The translations under genes and the position numbers were made by a program. Below, piece by piece: positions 25,503 through 40,083 of a stretch of 64,000 nt of DNA. The DNA is taken from NCBI GenBank assembly GCA_051362555.1, contig CM120641.1, positions 3,100,001-3,164,000 on the forward strand, given 5' to 3'. This DNA is from Lingula anatina (lineage: Eukaryota > Animalia > Brachiopoda). Within the stretch, counting starts at the first letter, position 1. Each line of letters opens with the position of its first letter. The notes under the pieces are model-generated. The model made no database searches and was not told the DNA's origin. It saw only the letters and a program-made list of their open reading frames with translations.

Positions 25503-25548
<46 letters not shown>

Positions 25549-27179
25549 GTATAATACATTCCTCTTACCTCCTTCTTGTCCTTAAAATTCCAGTCTTCTC
25601 TTCCTATTACAAAGGCCAGCTTGGCCAGTGCAGCCTCAGGTGTCATGTCGGAGCCTTGTATCACACCTGCTTCCTTCAAAGCCTGGAAATATCAAATACA
25701 AATCACAGGTCAATAACTAACAAATCTATTACTGTATTGGGCATATATGCAAAGTAAAAAGTTGTTTACTGATAAAATCTAAAACAATCGTTTTCCTTTG
25801 ATTTTTGCAATAGAATTGGGTATTCTCAAAATACAAAAGTAGGACATTTTACCACACTAAGCCACAAGCTGTATGGGTGTAAAAAAAAATTAATAAATAA
25901 AATAAAAAGAAGCATTTTCAAGAGTATTTCTCTTGGTTATTAGCAAACCTTTCCTGTGGCATAACCTGAGTTAACAGAGCCTCTGTGACACTGGGTGATG
26001 TTAAGCAGCAGCACCCCTCTTTTCGTGGCCTCTGAGAACACTTGCATTAAGTCCTTTCTGGAATCTGGAGCATTTCCTGCCCCGTAGGATTCCAGGACCA
26101 TTCCCTTGAGTGGAGGTGCCAAAAACTGGCGAACCTATCATAATAATAATAATAATAATAAACTTTATCAATAAAAATACTCAAAATCTTGATCAAAATC
26201 TGAAAAGTTACTATGACACTGGACATCTTTGGGCCTATAGCATCGATTTGGCTTTCATGAATTGGCCATACATGAATAATGACCTCCATATGTTAACATT
26301 TAGTGAATATCTTTTTTTATTGTCCATATAATTTTAAATATGAAATACAGTGGATATTCACTATCTGATTCATTTTCAGTATTTTTTCATGATCTTAACC
26401 CAATAGAATATTTATACTTTTAAACCTGCCTAAAAACAACTTATTCAACTAACCGTAGCGGTGGTGATAGTGGGGAAAAGACGGAGTATTCCCACGCTAG
26501 GACAAAGGTCAGTATACAGGGTACATTCTTGAGTGGTGTTGCTGGGAAAAATCTCATCCCTATGCACTGTGAATAAACAGTAAACATATAAAATCAAGGG
26601 AAACTTGAAATATATATTGGACCATATGAATCATATCATGGGGTACAAACCTTAAATAGAAAGTCAATCTACTGTAGGATATTGTACCGGTAACTGAGAT
26701 AGAAATCGAGTGCCAAACTTGTTATAAACAATTTATTATTAAAATGAAATTTGAAGAAATGCTTTTCACTTTTATACTTTGAAATACACATTTTTTAAAG
26801 TTTTAAATATCATACCATGAATCTCAGTCTCTAAAACAGCAAGGGGAGGAAAGTTTGGGGAATGGAATGCATCAAAACTGCTACTATTAAATTTGGTTGA
26901 ACGGTTTCCCCGAAGAAGCTTATTGTTGAATAATATCATTACCTAGAAATTAAAAAATACTATATAGAATCAAGATGTGGATAAAGTACTTTGTTCATAA
27001 AGAAACTTTGGTTTTCATTCATTTCAATATAGTAAATTAAATGGTTTAAAAGCTGCTTAATGAAAAAGATCAATATTTGCAATCTCATACTGACATTATC
27101 CCTTTTAAGTGTAAATTATACTGAATGTGAAACTTAACTTATAGGTGCTTTTTTAACGAATTAAAAGACTTTGTGCAGA

Positions 27180-27212
<33 letters not shown>

Positions 27213-30200
27213 CCATGTCTGACATAAATATCTTTGTAAGTCATATGACGTAATTTGTTGTAGTCCAATAGCTTTTGAGTAATGCAGCGGTCTCTGTGTA
27301 TAACGCCGAGGTAAAGAAATTAATTATACAATTATAGGTAGTTAAAGTTTGCGTCATCGACCATACATGTAGATAAGAAATAAGTATATAAGCGATACCT
27401 GGAGACACATATGGGGAGACATGTGGAGGAGGACAGCGAGGAGAGACGGAGGTTGGGAGCTATGGAGTATGGAGCAGAGTGGTTAAGAGAGCTAGGAGTT
27501 GGAGACTTTACATAGAACATGTAGCAACCGAGCGTCAATGAATAAATCATTTAACTGGTCATTATGTGGACTTGGGTTTTCTTTGCGCGACCTTACGTAA
27601 ATCTGACATGAACCGTGGAATCTTTGGATTGCGTTATCCACTAAGTTAGACATAATGTCCTATTTCGAGCCCACGCTTGAACTAAGCATACTAAATTATT
27701 TAAGTTTAGGACACTCATCTTATATGTATATGTAAAAGGTTCATTACACACACACACACACACACACACTGGGAATGTGTTACCTCTGGAATTTTGGAGT
27801 TTCCAGCCATAATGAGAGCACCAAGAAGATTATCTCTGCCGTCACTACGAGTCTCAAAGATAGGGATCTGAATAAATAAGCAAACAGCATTTGGTAGTAA
27901 GCCACATGCTGAAAATTTAGATCCATGTCATGCATATATTTCAAAACATGTAAAAAAAATGTTAAACTCTTAATGGCAATTCATCTTGTTTAATGTAATA
28001 CATATTTGTTGCTTTTGTACACTATATAAGAAATGTTTGAAAATGTCCCTGCTTAATTTTCTCACACTAAAAAGCATAATTATTCAAGGATAAAAATCCC
28101 ATATCTAGAATTACCAACTTATGTAGTAACTGATATTCTGCACAATTTAACCAAATGGCGGGTTTGTTTTCATCAGTAATTATACTGTTAGTATGATCTA
28201 GTACAACATATCTAGACGTTTAATTACTGTTTCTGACATCAAGAGTACATCCTTTCATGTAAGGTGATGCAATCTATAAAGTGCACATTATTTGTGCACA
28301 CGTGTGGGGAAGGGTCATTTTTATCATGTTCTAATGTGAGTTCACACATATCATCTTTAAATATTTTAATGCCTTAATAATGAGAACAAAACTTACCTGT
28401 GAGCCAGTAAGAATGATAGGTTTTCCCAGATTCTCAAACATGAAAGACAAAGCTGATGCAGTGTAGGCCATAGTATCTGTCCCATGAAGTATAACAAACC
28501 CATCAAAACCCTCATAGTAAGTCTGAATGAAAAAAAATATCATGCTAACTTTACAGAAAAAAATGTATTAAAAATGTCACTTTTTCTAACACTGAAAGGA
28601 CTCAAAAAGAAGCAGGTGCACTGGACTCTGAGATTTACCTTAATGTCTGAGGCAATCCTAGCCCAGTCATCCATGGTCATATTGCAAGAATCCAGCAGGG
28701 GCTCATACTCATACACACAGTATACCACATATGCCTTTTCCTTGCTTAAACTGAAAAATATATTATGCAGATTATTTATTTTTCTTTATGTTTTGTTTAT
28801 ATAATGTGTATAATGCCTTAATTGATACTCTACATAACTATAATCTATTTTCGCAAAACGTGTTAAAAGATAGATTGTCTCTTTTTTAACTTTGAAAAGT
28901 GAATACTGTCATGGAGTCAAATTGAATGTTTTTTTTTATAATTCTTGATTAAATGCTTGATTCCAATTTAAACCTTGGAAATAAAACAGATGGGTCACAT
29001 AAATGAGCCACTATATTTTCTTTAAATGTTTTAAATGTAACCTGACCGGGGCACGTCATAATTACTGCTGAATTGGATTACTCACGGCAAACACAATGGT
29101 GACTTCATCCCCTCCTGGTCATGGGATATTGATAATTTCCGTAACTCATTCACAAGAAAGTTTGGTTCTGGGGTACTGTGTTTAACTACGTACTCCTGGT
29201 CATGGAATATTGATAATTTCCTTAACTCATTCACAAGAAAGTTTGGTTCTGGGGTATAAACTATAAACAAAATATAATACCATATCAATTAAGTTATTTA
29301 CTAATGCTAAATTACATACAAAATGAGCCATTAATATAATCAAATGCAAGGATGAGGTGTGATTATGACATAAACGCAGACTTTACGAAAGGCGTCGGAC
29401 CGTCGGACATGCCTGACAAATTTCGTCTAGGTCTAATAAAAAATCCTGTATGGTCGGTCCTTATATCCGGCGAGCTTTCAAGCTGACTCGGAATGTGTAA
29501 ATCTAAGGAATACATTGTTGTTTCTTTTCTTGACGATATATTTTACTCCCTTCAAAAATCCCGGGGAGTTCCCAGCTAATTATTAATACATAATTTACTG
29601 ACCTCAGTTTCACTTACAAATACTATTTTATGACTGGCTGAGGTTGGGGGATTCCTGTATGACGTAACTGATAGTTTCGTTTTCGTTTTCGTGTTTAATA
29701 TCCTTACATGACAAAATGACCGCAACACATGTGCTCCTGCTTTTTGCGTTTTTTAAGGACTTGATGCCCTGTTTCTTCATTATCAGTTGTTATCAGTATT
29801 GTACTCATGGTTAAAGTCTTTTGTTTAGAAAAAATGACATCGTTGAACTTGAAATATTTCGTCGGTGCATAGCGCGGCAAAAATGAAATCTAAGTGAGGA
29901 AGGGAAACGGGTTGACCGGAACTGTAGTAAAATTGGATTTGAAGGTAGGCTCTGGCTAACTTATAATCCAGGAGAGAGGAAATAATTGTGCACACAGTGT
30001 CAGGAGTACTAATAAAAGTCAACATTATGATCATGATTATAACAGTGAGTGCAATGGTGATTTCAGCTTAATTATTAGCCCAGAAAATAAACGCTTTCTT
30101 ACAATCTGTAACAAATGACTTTGTGCCACTTGAACCGAAACACGTAGAAGCAGCAAACCCTGTACCAGCCACATATATCATCACAAAAGAAGATGTCGAA

Positions 30201-33200
30201 AAAGCCTTGCTCCAAGTAAACGTACACAAGTCTACAGGTCCCGACGAAATCCCCAACTGGATCCTACATGACCTAGCAGGGTACCTAGTCGCCCCAGTAT
30301 GTACCGGTGTGGCATCAATTGTTCGGAGCGTGAACCATCCGTTTTGCTCATGCGCACAAAGCACAGGCAAATCTGAGAGACTTCCGGCGTGTACGGTCCG
30401 TCTCTAGTGTAGTGCCAGATGCAGGATAGAACCGGCCCGATAGCTCAGGCGGTAGAGCACTCGCCCTGTTAGCGAGTTTGGTCCCTGGTCTGTCAGGTGA
30501 TTTTTCTACACACTCCCAAAAAGGCGCTACACTATAGACTTTAATAAATATACACTGTTGAGAACATACTGCATATTCAAACATAATCTTTAGAAATATT
30601 AATATCTTATAGTTGTTCACCTCCACTGCGATTTCTCTCAGATGGCCATATCAACACACTAGCCAGTAAAATCAATGCAATAATACATGTAGTAGGCCAA
30701 CAGCTGAATAACGACAGCCCGTCCACGGTAGTTTCATCCAAGCGTCGAACTGTAATTTGACGCTAATTCTCTATCAAAATTATCAATTAAAATTTCTGTA
30801 TTAACACATGAATTTTACCTAGAAATATCCTCACTATAGTAAATATATAATGAGGTGGGAAACGATTAAGCCACGTTAATGCACAGGTGAATAACAACGG
30901 ATCATTCACGGAACTATCTAAAACATTATTGCATAACATGTACTCCAAAGGACATAAAATCCATCATTTGCTACCAGACATAAATGAAAGTTCCTATACT
31001 TTGCGCAGGTTTATAAGTACACTGTGCCAAAACTGAGGACTGTCCGATCGTCAAAATCTTTTATCCCATGGGCTTTATCAAATTTTAAGAACAGGTTTTT
31101 ATGAACTTTTAATGTGTATCGAATCATTTTAACACTTACAAGTATTGTTGTAAAGTTTTAGAATTCGAGGACGAATTCTTTTGAAGAAGGGGTGTATGTT
31201 GTAAAGCGAATGACTTACACTTTCACTAATTACAGATAACAATTAAAACGGAATCAAAAGAGTAAAAGGATAGGGAGGTAGCGCGAGGTAGCGGGATCGT
31301 TGCCCGCCTCCTCCACCACCTTTTATAGTGAAGAATACGACAGCAATCTGGAGCTTTCGAACGTTTATTCACCGACTGCCTTTTCACACAATTTCACAAG
31401 TAGGCCCTATTTAAAGGATTCTAGCCACGTAAAAATCCATTTCTCGAATTTTGAAGATTCAGCACTCGATCCATACACTAGAGATGTTTTAAAAAAGTAT
31501 AAAAACACTAGAGATGTTTTTAAAAAGTATAAAAACAATCTATTGGTAGAAAAAAAAAGCGTTTTAGTAAACCTCACCTCAATATGCAAAAATGAAGCAA
31601 CAGATCTGGGTCACGTGGTACTTTGACGACAAAGACGATAAAGGTCTTTGAGACTCAGCTGAGCTGCATGCTGTATACAGACAGAGAAGTTTAGGAAAGT
31701 TGAGTTGAAATGGGTTGGACAATTTTCGTTATGCTTCATTGTGTTGCCGTGGGATTCACCAAAAAATCAGCACTCGTTGACAATCTTCTTTCTTTGTCTG
31801 TGACGGTCTTCCGGGACTTATTTACTTCGGTGATGTAATGCTCGCGATTACGGTCGCCTCAAGTGGTTTAGATCATATGATATCAAAAGCTGACAGTCTT
31901 TCAAATTAACCGTCACCAGTTGACAAGCTTACTAATTGCTGATGCATATTAAATGCATGGTAGTTGACCAAGAGCTCGTTAACAATAAACCCTGTTAATT
32001 ACGCACCGCTGCACTTCCCAAGCCAGGTAATAACAGGTAACTCAACTTGTCAGATTCTTGGTGGGCTTTAATATTTTTTCAATATATCTCTTTTATTTCA
32101 TGGGGTGATATTATTGGTATTTTTAAATGACGTTTAATATCGATATTTAAACAATTGAGTTCAAACACGGTCGCGAACATTAATGAAAGTGATTGCTCTC
32201 AGGGTATCCTGAAGCATGCGTATGCCCAGGCATTACTTCTGTGGAAGAAAACGTGGTTGAGGAAAAACTCGAAAAAGAGCAGTTATATTAAAGAAAAAAG
32301 AACATCTGTAATAAAAAGGTTCGTAATCCTAATGCGTTTAACGAAATAAAGTGTTTTGTGCTTTGAGAATTTGTTTCTGAAGGGTATATATATATAATTT
32401 AAAAGATTTGTCATTTTATGATTTGAAACGCAAGTTCTGCGTCTGCAAATTTGCGAGTTTTGTCAAACCCCAAAAACATATAGCAGAACAAGGTAAAAAA
32501 AAAGCATTGTTTGATGTTAGTGGCATGTTAAAAAAATCATAACTTTAATGTGTTCACTACATGTGCAGTATTTGATACGTACGTTAGTATATTTTAAATT
32601 ATGTATGGAGATTTAACATGGTATTATCTTAAAGGGATATAAGAAGGGCACATACGAATTTTTTAAAAGAATCTTGGGTGTAAAAAGGAGAATTAGTGAT
32701 AACTTAGTTCATTGTACATGTACGTAACTTAGTACATTATGAAACCGAGAGATACCCACTTCTTTTAAGTACATAGCTACGGTTTTTTAATATTGATTTA
32801 AATCCGTTCTTCGAAAAATTGTTTTATAACAGCGTGCTATAAAGATCTACTGAACAAAAAATTTGATTGGGTAATTTGAGTACGGAATGAACTGGAGACA
32901 CTTGACTTGTCATTAATTTTTCACGAAAACATGTCAGATAATTTTATACTGTCCTTGATAGAGTAAATAATGAAAGATAATTTTAGTCAAACATTGACCG
33001 GGGAAATATCCACAAGGAGTAAAGGGCTATTGTACCAACATCTTGTTGATAATTTTACAGTGCAATTCTATTTAAATAAGCCAATTTCACAGAAATATAA
33101 GGAATTAATTGCCAAATTTAGACTTTCATCACATATTCTAGCTGTAGAAACTGGAAGGTAAACAGACAAAATTTAAGAACCGGTAAACTATGTATTTTAG

Positions 33201-36200
33201 ATGACATCGAGGATGAATTTCATTTTATTCTTTTAAGAATTTAAAAATGTCTTTGCTACAGAACGTTTAGGCAGAAGCACACCAAGAAATTTATAATACA
33301 AAGTAAAATGTTTTCAAGCTAATTAAATTGTTATCACTTCACAATGTTTCACAATTAAACAACTTATGAAAGTACTTAAAATGTTCATCGGAGCTTAGAT
33401 TAACGTCAGTCTGATGACTTTTTATCATTACTACTAGTAGCTGTATTGATGTTTTTATGACTCTAGAAGTTGTAAACTTCTCGTATGACTTCATATTTTT
33501 ATTGCATTTCATTCTGATGAGCCGTAGGGCGCAAGGGTTTAATAAATTGAATTGAATTTCACAAATAACATGGATCTCATATCGAATGATCAAAAGTACC
33601 CTCAAGTCATTCAAATGCAGTATTTTACACCAGTTGGGATAACCATAATTAAATGCTAGTTAAATAATTGAATAGACGGGAAAATGGCTTCACTCAGCTT
33701 CACGGGTAAGATCCCTCGGGTAAGAGATTTGAATGAGTATGAACTTTTAACAGGAGTCAGAAAAGTCATCTTACAGGTAGACAATGCAGCTCAGTTTGAC
33801 AGCTCTCTCTCCTCCGGCGGTACCAATGTCGTCATCGGACCACGTGACCAAGTAGCTCATTAACTCCCAGGCCGAGCAAAGAGGACGTTTTTTTAAAGCC
33901 CAAAATTTACAAAATGAGCTTTTAACTTGTGTATTTGGATAAAGATATCGTTAGTTGCCCATTGATCATGCATTTTCTTGTTTTCTTACCATTGTCTTTG
34001 CGTGATTACAAAATATTTTCCATGCGCACGTTGCAAGTCACCATGAAACATTTCCTTATTAGGTAATCCTAATGCTTATCCTAATGCTTGAATCATATCC
34101 AAAACTCAGTTATCATGTGATAAACCGATGATCGAAATTAAGATATATTATGAAATTAACCAATCACATGAACTGTTATTGACTTTGACCTTTTCCATCT
34201 TTTTCTGACACTAAAAATGTTCTACACTTGTTGACTCTTGATGAAACTTAACTTACACGTTGCAAGTCACCATGAAACATTTCCTTATTAGGTAATCCTA
34301 ATGCTAATCCTAATACTTGAATCATATCCAAAACTCAGTTATCATGTGACAAACAGATGATCGAAATTAAAATATATTATGAAATTAACCAATCACATGA
34401 ACTGTTACTGACTTTGACCTTTTCCATCTTTTTCTGACACTAAAAATGTTCTACACTTGTTGACTCTTGATGAAACTTAACTTACACTCAATAACTCAAT
34501 AACTCCCTATCCTTTTACTATTTTGATTCCGTTTTAATTGTTATCTGTAATTAGTGAAAGTGTGAGTCATTCGCTTTACAACAGTATACTTTAAGATTGT
34601 GCATTTCACCACTATTTGTTTATTATTGTAAAATCCAACTTTTAAAGTTGCAAATAAATACATATTATTATGATCAACTGCAATATAAACCCTGCTGCTT
34701 TATTAAGCAGGTTCTAAAAATTTTCGTACATCTGTTTCCACATGTACTGCCTATCACGACCACGAGTTGGCTAGAGTGCACATGAACTTAATGAAGGCTC
34801 ACAGTTTGAGTTTCTTTTTTATCAAAATGAAATAAAATGAAGAAAGAATTCAACTCGGTCTCGGGTTGGACAATACCTATCAAAGCTTCAACTGGATGAA
34901 AGAGACCGCCTTACTTTGCTGTTTCGTAATGCACATGTTATTGCCAAAAACAACAGACGTTTTTATGGACATACATTTGATATTACAAGCTACACGTTCT
35001 TCATACTTGTATTGGTTTTAGTCCTTGTGTCGTTCTACCATGCCCTTTTCATTAAGTAATAAAAAACTTATCATGCAAATAATTCTTTTACAATTTTTTT
35101 CTTTCAATTAATTTCTTTACAAAGTTTATAAAATATACGGAAAACATTTTATATTCGACTTATTGTCGATGACTGAAATGATAAAAAAATACACCAGAAA
35201 ACAAATAATTTTACGTATTTCTATAATTTTTTTTGTCTGACAGAACTATTACGCTTCTCAGACCGAATGACTAACAGATTTATGGCCTTTCGTAAAGTCT
35301 GTAAACCATTGAAAAACTCGATGCAATAAATACTAGGGAGGGGTGGGGGATCCAGCAACCTGTAATCATATCTGTTTATTCATTTTAATTAGGAATCATT
35401 TTAATTAGGAATATTCTTCCACAGCTGTGTAAGGAATGAGACCATTAAATTAAGGATGATGTGTACGTGCAGGTCATGAGGTGAATCAATGACTCATAAG
35501 TGATCAAGTACGTGTAAGGTACAAGATGTAACGCGTGACAACTGGCATTGAACCAAAAAAAAAAAAAAAAAAAAAAAAAAACGTAACTAAAATGAACATG
35601 CAATTACATCATATGTACATACACTTTTTATCAACACCGACACACACTGCTTACAGGCCCGTAGCCAGCAATTTCAAAAGGGGGGTTCTTTTTTTTTTTT
35701 TGAAAAAGTGGACCATTTTCCATAAAAACTTCATGTACCTAGATCAAATTTTACCCAGAGTGGACCTTTTACCAGCAAAAGGGCCGTACAAACGTACAAC
35801 TTTTCGAACCCCCCGAACCCCCCTGGCTACGGGCCTGGCTTAAATAAAATTAGATCAGGGCGTCTGAATTGTTTTACACAAAGTGATCAAAAGATTATGA
35901 TCAAATATTGCGCCATTTCTGTTACCTCCATCGTGAATACGCATGCCAATCGTTCCACCTGTGTACAGGACCAGGACTCTCGATTCATCTTTGTATTCTA
36001 AGACAGTCCCCTTCTCCGGTCTGTATGACGGATCCATGGAAGTTTTCCCTTCAAAGTCGGAGGCAACGGAACCAGCACCGTTCTTGGATGCCATTTTAAT
36101 GATTGCATCGTCCACTTCACTTGTTATCTTTTTTGCACAAGAGACACCATCTAAGACGCTCCTAATTCTGAGTAACCCAAAATAACCTAAACATTTACTA

Positions 36201-36564
36201 ATTACAGACACTTTCGAATTTGTTGCTAAGATAAGATTTTAAAGAAAGTTTGTAGGTGCAATAAAAATTCCACTCACTACATTTGCAATCATCTGTGATT
36301 GAAATATACACGTAAGGTGTTGATATTATCTATGACATATTTTACCTTTATCAACCAGCGGTTCATACAAATGTTTTTTTCTATATGTAAACAATTGCCA
36401 TATGTCACATTAAAGTAAGATAAACAAATAAATGTCCTAAAGACACTAACCCATATACTCTTTTCCAACTCACCTACAACCTCTCCAATGCTAGCCAAAC
36501 TTATTCTGCGCATCAGGCGCCTTTGTTTTCCTTTGCCGACAGCATATTGGTCACCGGTTGCCAT
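25085..36564 (-). CDS. ASPG: Type-I L-asparaginase (ASPG-like) copy C, catalytic domain only. Exons: 36474-36564, (possible 36278-36292), 35926-~36000/36150, 29086-29260, 28639-28750, 28397-28522, 27784-27867, 26816-26942, 26454-26566, 25949-26134, 25569-25682, 25085-25135
   Basis: Same exon sizes as copy B (91, 175, 112, 126, 84, 127, 113, 186, 114, 51 nt), with the same splice sites and catalytic motifs. Confidence 0.9.
27211..27748 (+). mobile_element. Solo-LTR-like insertion inside the (CA)n tract, copy C only
   Basis: TGCCATG...CATTACA ends, TATATAA at ~27385, AATAAA at 27541, (CA)n on both sides. Confidence 0.7.
29377..35301. mobile_element. Same hAT-like element in copy C
   Basis: Same TIRs and flanks as 10562-17016. 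Confidence 0.75.
31146..34583 (+). mobile_element. Gypsy-like LTR remnant or Ginger-like element with 81-bp terminal inverted repeats
   Basis: GTAT TSD (31142-31145, 34584-34587); TGTTGTAAAG...CTTTACAACA; TTCGAGGACGAATT plus a polypurine tract precede the second TGTTG at 31197. Confidence 0.7.
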
Positions 36565-39500
36565 TTTTTAAAAGCTAAAAATAGAATTTTAAAATTGGGC
36601 CAATTAAATTTGGCATTTCCCAAAATATAGCACTGTTCATTTAAATGCTGATCAAAATAAAAACAACAGATCGCTGCTCAGCACTGGCACTTTTCCAAAT
36701 TACATATTCGACGAAAGTTAAGAGAAATCTTCAGTGCGTTTTGACCCTAAGAGTAGGCTGAATGCGTTTGAGTTGTAAAAAACGGACAATGCAATTTCGC
36801 ACCAAGTAACAGGGTTACGTGGGCACCTATTTCACGGCACGTAACTCACCTACTTTTCTTATAGTCAACAAACTAATCTGTAAATATTATGTAAGTTTTC
36901 AAGGTCACGCACAACCCTTTAGATGAAGCACAGTGTACACACGGAGAACACCCATGGAAAACAGACTTTCGCCGCGTTTTCAATACTTTTGGATTTTTTA
37001 ATGTCCAAAACGTACAACGTTTACTTAAATATTGTAGCGATTTTTTATTCCCTCCAAAGATGATCTAGGGAAGAGCCGTTCAGATGGATACACCGATGCT
37101 CGTTGCGTTCCTGACACCGGCGTTAAACAAGTAACAAGAAACAAGTTTTTTAAAGTTCATAAACATGTAATTCAAATTGCAACTGTAAACCGTAACAATA
37201 AAGCGAAAGAATAATGCAACATCTCTGAAGTCAGTTTGAAAGTCAGTTCCTCATAATGTCCACACAGAGAGCCATGTTACGCTCGATCAATTTCACACTT
37301 AAGTCTTAAAGCTCAACTGCAATGTTCTCTCTTTAAAAGTAAAGTCAACACGATTACTTAGTCCACTTAGAATGTACGTGCACAGTTTCTCTCCTTCACT
37401 ACGGATCCGGTTCACTGTACTTATGGGAAAGTAACGAGCTCGGTATCTGAAACTCGGCCCTCAGGAAAGCGGGATTGCGACGGTCAACACATAAGTTCGC
37501 ATCACATACTAGTAACTAGCTTGCTGTACTTCTAGAGGTAGCGGGCACGGTATCTTAAACTCGGCCCTCAGGAAAAGCTAGATCCCCACGGTTTCGGCTC
37601 GGCTGTCTCTCCTACAGGCTCGGCTGGTCGGCTGTTTCGGCTGGATACTCGGCTGGTCTGCTGTCTCGGCTGGATAGTCGGCTGTCTCGGCTGATCGACT
37701 GTATCGGCTGGACACTCGGCTGGTTGGCTGGACACTCGGCTGGTTGGCTGGATGCTCGGCTGGTCGGCTGTCTCGGCTGGAAAGTAAAGTCTCTCTATTG
37801 CAGTGATAGCACACCTCGGTAAAGCCTCATCGGCGTCTTACCATTAGGGAGGTCAGGTCACACCGCTCACGCGAAAACGAAAAATTCAACCTCGCTGTTT
37901 GTTTTTCATCATACCTTCCAAGATTTGGCTCCTATGATAAATGTGAAAACATATTTAAAAAGTGCATTGAATGTCCTTTCTAACAATATGTGTAACAATG
38001 TATCATTTCTCCGTTGTAAGCCTCCAGCCACGAAAATGCTGTGAGAAATCGCCAGTGATTTCACTTCCTCGTTTAGTTTCCACTATCTACGAATTTTGCT
38101 CAACCTGCGCGTTTCGCGCCATTTTTCCAAAAGCTCCTTACGGCGTCCCGGATGTTATGCCACATATTCATGCAGAGAATGAGCCAAGCGTTCGAATGAG
38201 GGGTTACAGAAGATGATTTAACCGAAAACAGCAACCACAACTCTCGGTTCAAATAAGTTTTTTACTTATCATTTTTTGGTAAGACAGCCGTTAACAGCCG
38301 TTAGAAAATCAGTGACTTTGATCTTACCGCAAACAAAATGGCGGACGCACCAAGCTGTTCTGCTGGTGGAAAAGTAACTGCACTTTCAGCACCCAAAGAG
38401 GATCAAGATATCAGAATATCTAATCAGAAAATCTTTGAATTGTTCACGAAACCCAAGGATATTGATAAAACTTCTGCAATTTAAGAATATAGAGTTTATT
38501 TTATTTTTCAAACAAAGTATGAAATTACGTAAGATATTGATGGGCCTAATGCTTTTTTTCACCTTGAACTCGCTATTAGTGATCATAAAAAGGGGAATCT
38601 TAATTAAAATCACGGAGAAATGCAATAACTCTATTATCGTAAATGACAGCCAAAGCAAGTGAAGAAAAGTAGCATTTTATTTTTTCTCAACAAAATAAAA
38701 AAAGAAAAATTCCTAAAACTGCCATTACGTTATGGCAGTCTCCCCAAAAAATCTCGCTGATTTTTGTATTACCTAGCTGCTATGATGTCCAATATCAATT
38801 TAAATTTTTTGGCAAAATGATAACTTACCAAAATCGGATATTACTTATTTTCATTGTGCATTCTGGTATTTTTTACTAGTAAAATCTCAAAATTGTATAT
38901 TCAGTTGCCATTATAATATTGGTTACCATGGCAACAGTGACATGGTATTTGTTTATTATTTAACTTAAATTCATAAATTGAGTATCAAGAGTGTTTCCCA
39001 CTTCATATTCAGTTAAAAAATCCATGATAATGCGTAAAAAATAATTCAAACTGTTACCATAGCAACAGCTATCAAAATGACGATTTCCATAGCAACAGAT
39101 ACATTTGAAGCCCTTATTGTTGTTTTTAGTGATGGCACATTTTTTAGAATCATTTCCGTCCAAAAGTAGCATTTGGGCAGTGATGCTGAAGCCTTAAGGT
39201 TGAAAATTAAAAAAAAAATAGTATTGATCGCTATTGATATTTAGCAACGGTTGCCATGGAAATAATGGATAAATTACAGAAAATTATATCTTGTCAGATT
39301 CTTCTTGGCATAGTGTAACTTTCCAGAAAATTTCAAATGGATATTTTACTCAATTTTAAAGTTTGGGGAGACCGGGGCTAGTTGGCCCAGCCAGACACTT
39401 TTGGCCTTGTAGCGCCAACTAGGAATGAGTTAGAGTAAAACAACCGGTTTCAAAGTAAGCCCCGTGAACTAAGCTACAGTACGTATTCGACGTCATTATA

Positions 39501-40083
39501 TTTTTTCAAAATTTAATGCCAGGTGGCTCACAATTTGACAAAAAACGTAATTGACGTCGGAGGGGGGGGGAGGTTCAACTTGCCCCAGTTAGCCCCAGGG
39601 TTGGGGCAAGTTGGCACCCTATACGAAAATGAAGTAAGTATCCCATGTAAATGCCCTGAAATACATTTTTACACATTTTTTATTTATTAAATTGATTTTT
39701 TGAGAGTCTTTGATGAATATATAGTGTAAATGAGGCAGATTTATCGAGATTTCAGTACGTCACGCTGTATTTGTTGCAAGAACCAAAATACAGACTTGAC
39801 ATTTAATATGGAATTTTTCCCAAATCATTTTTCATAAGTTTTTTCCTATTTTGCTGACTGATAAATAAAAATAACGATTAAAATTGTGTTTTAATAACTT
39901 TTAATTATCTCTTTGATGTCACTGTGACATCATTTCATTAATTGAATTCGCCAGTGAAGAAAAGAAAAATACATTGCCTATTCTATGTCATACAACAACC
40001 ATTAAAAACGTTTTTTTTTTATCTCCATATTGTCCTAATTATCGTCTGTAAAAGAGTTACTCGCCCCACAAAGGAGCCTCATG

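Larger units (their letters stand above)
1..39640. repeat. Tandem segmental duplication, unit ~18.2-18.3 kb (complete units ~3311-21560 and ~21561-39640, partial unit 1-3310)
   Basis: Position 1 matches 18179 and 36497; colinear near-identity throughout apart from TE indels. Confidence 0.95.

Noticed and set aside
37590-37790. CRISPR-like array (CTCGGCTG repeats)
   Set aside because: Short degenerate minisatellite without unique spacers, in eukaryotic DNA with no cas genes.
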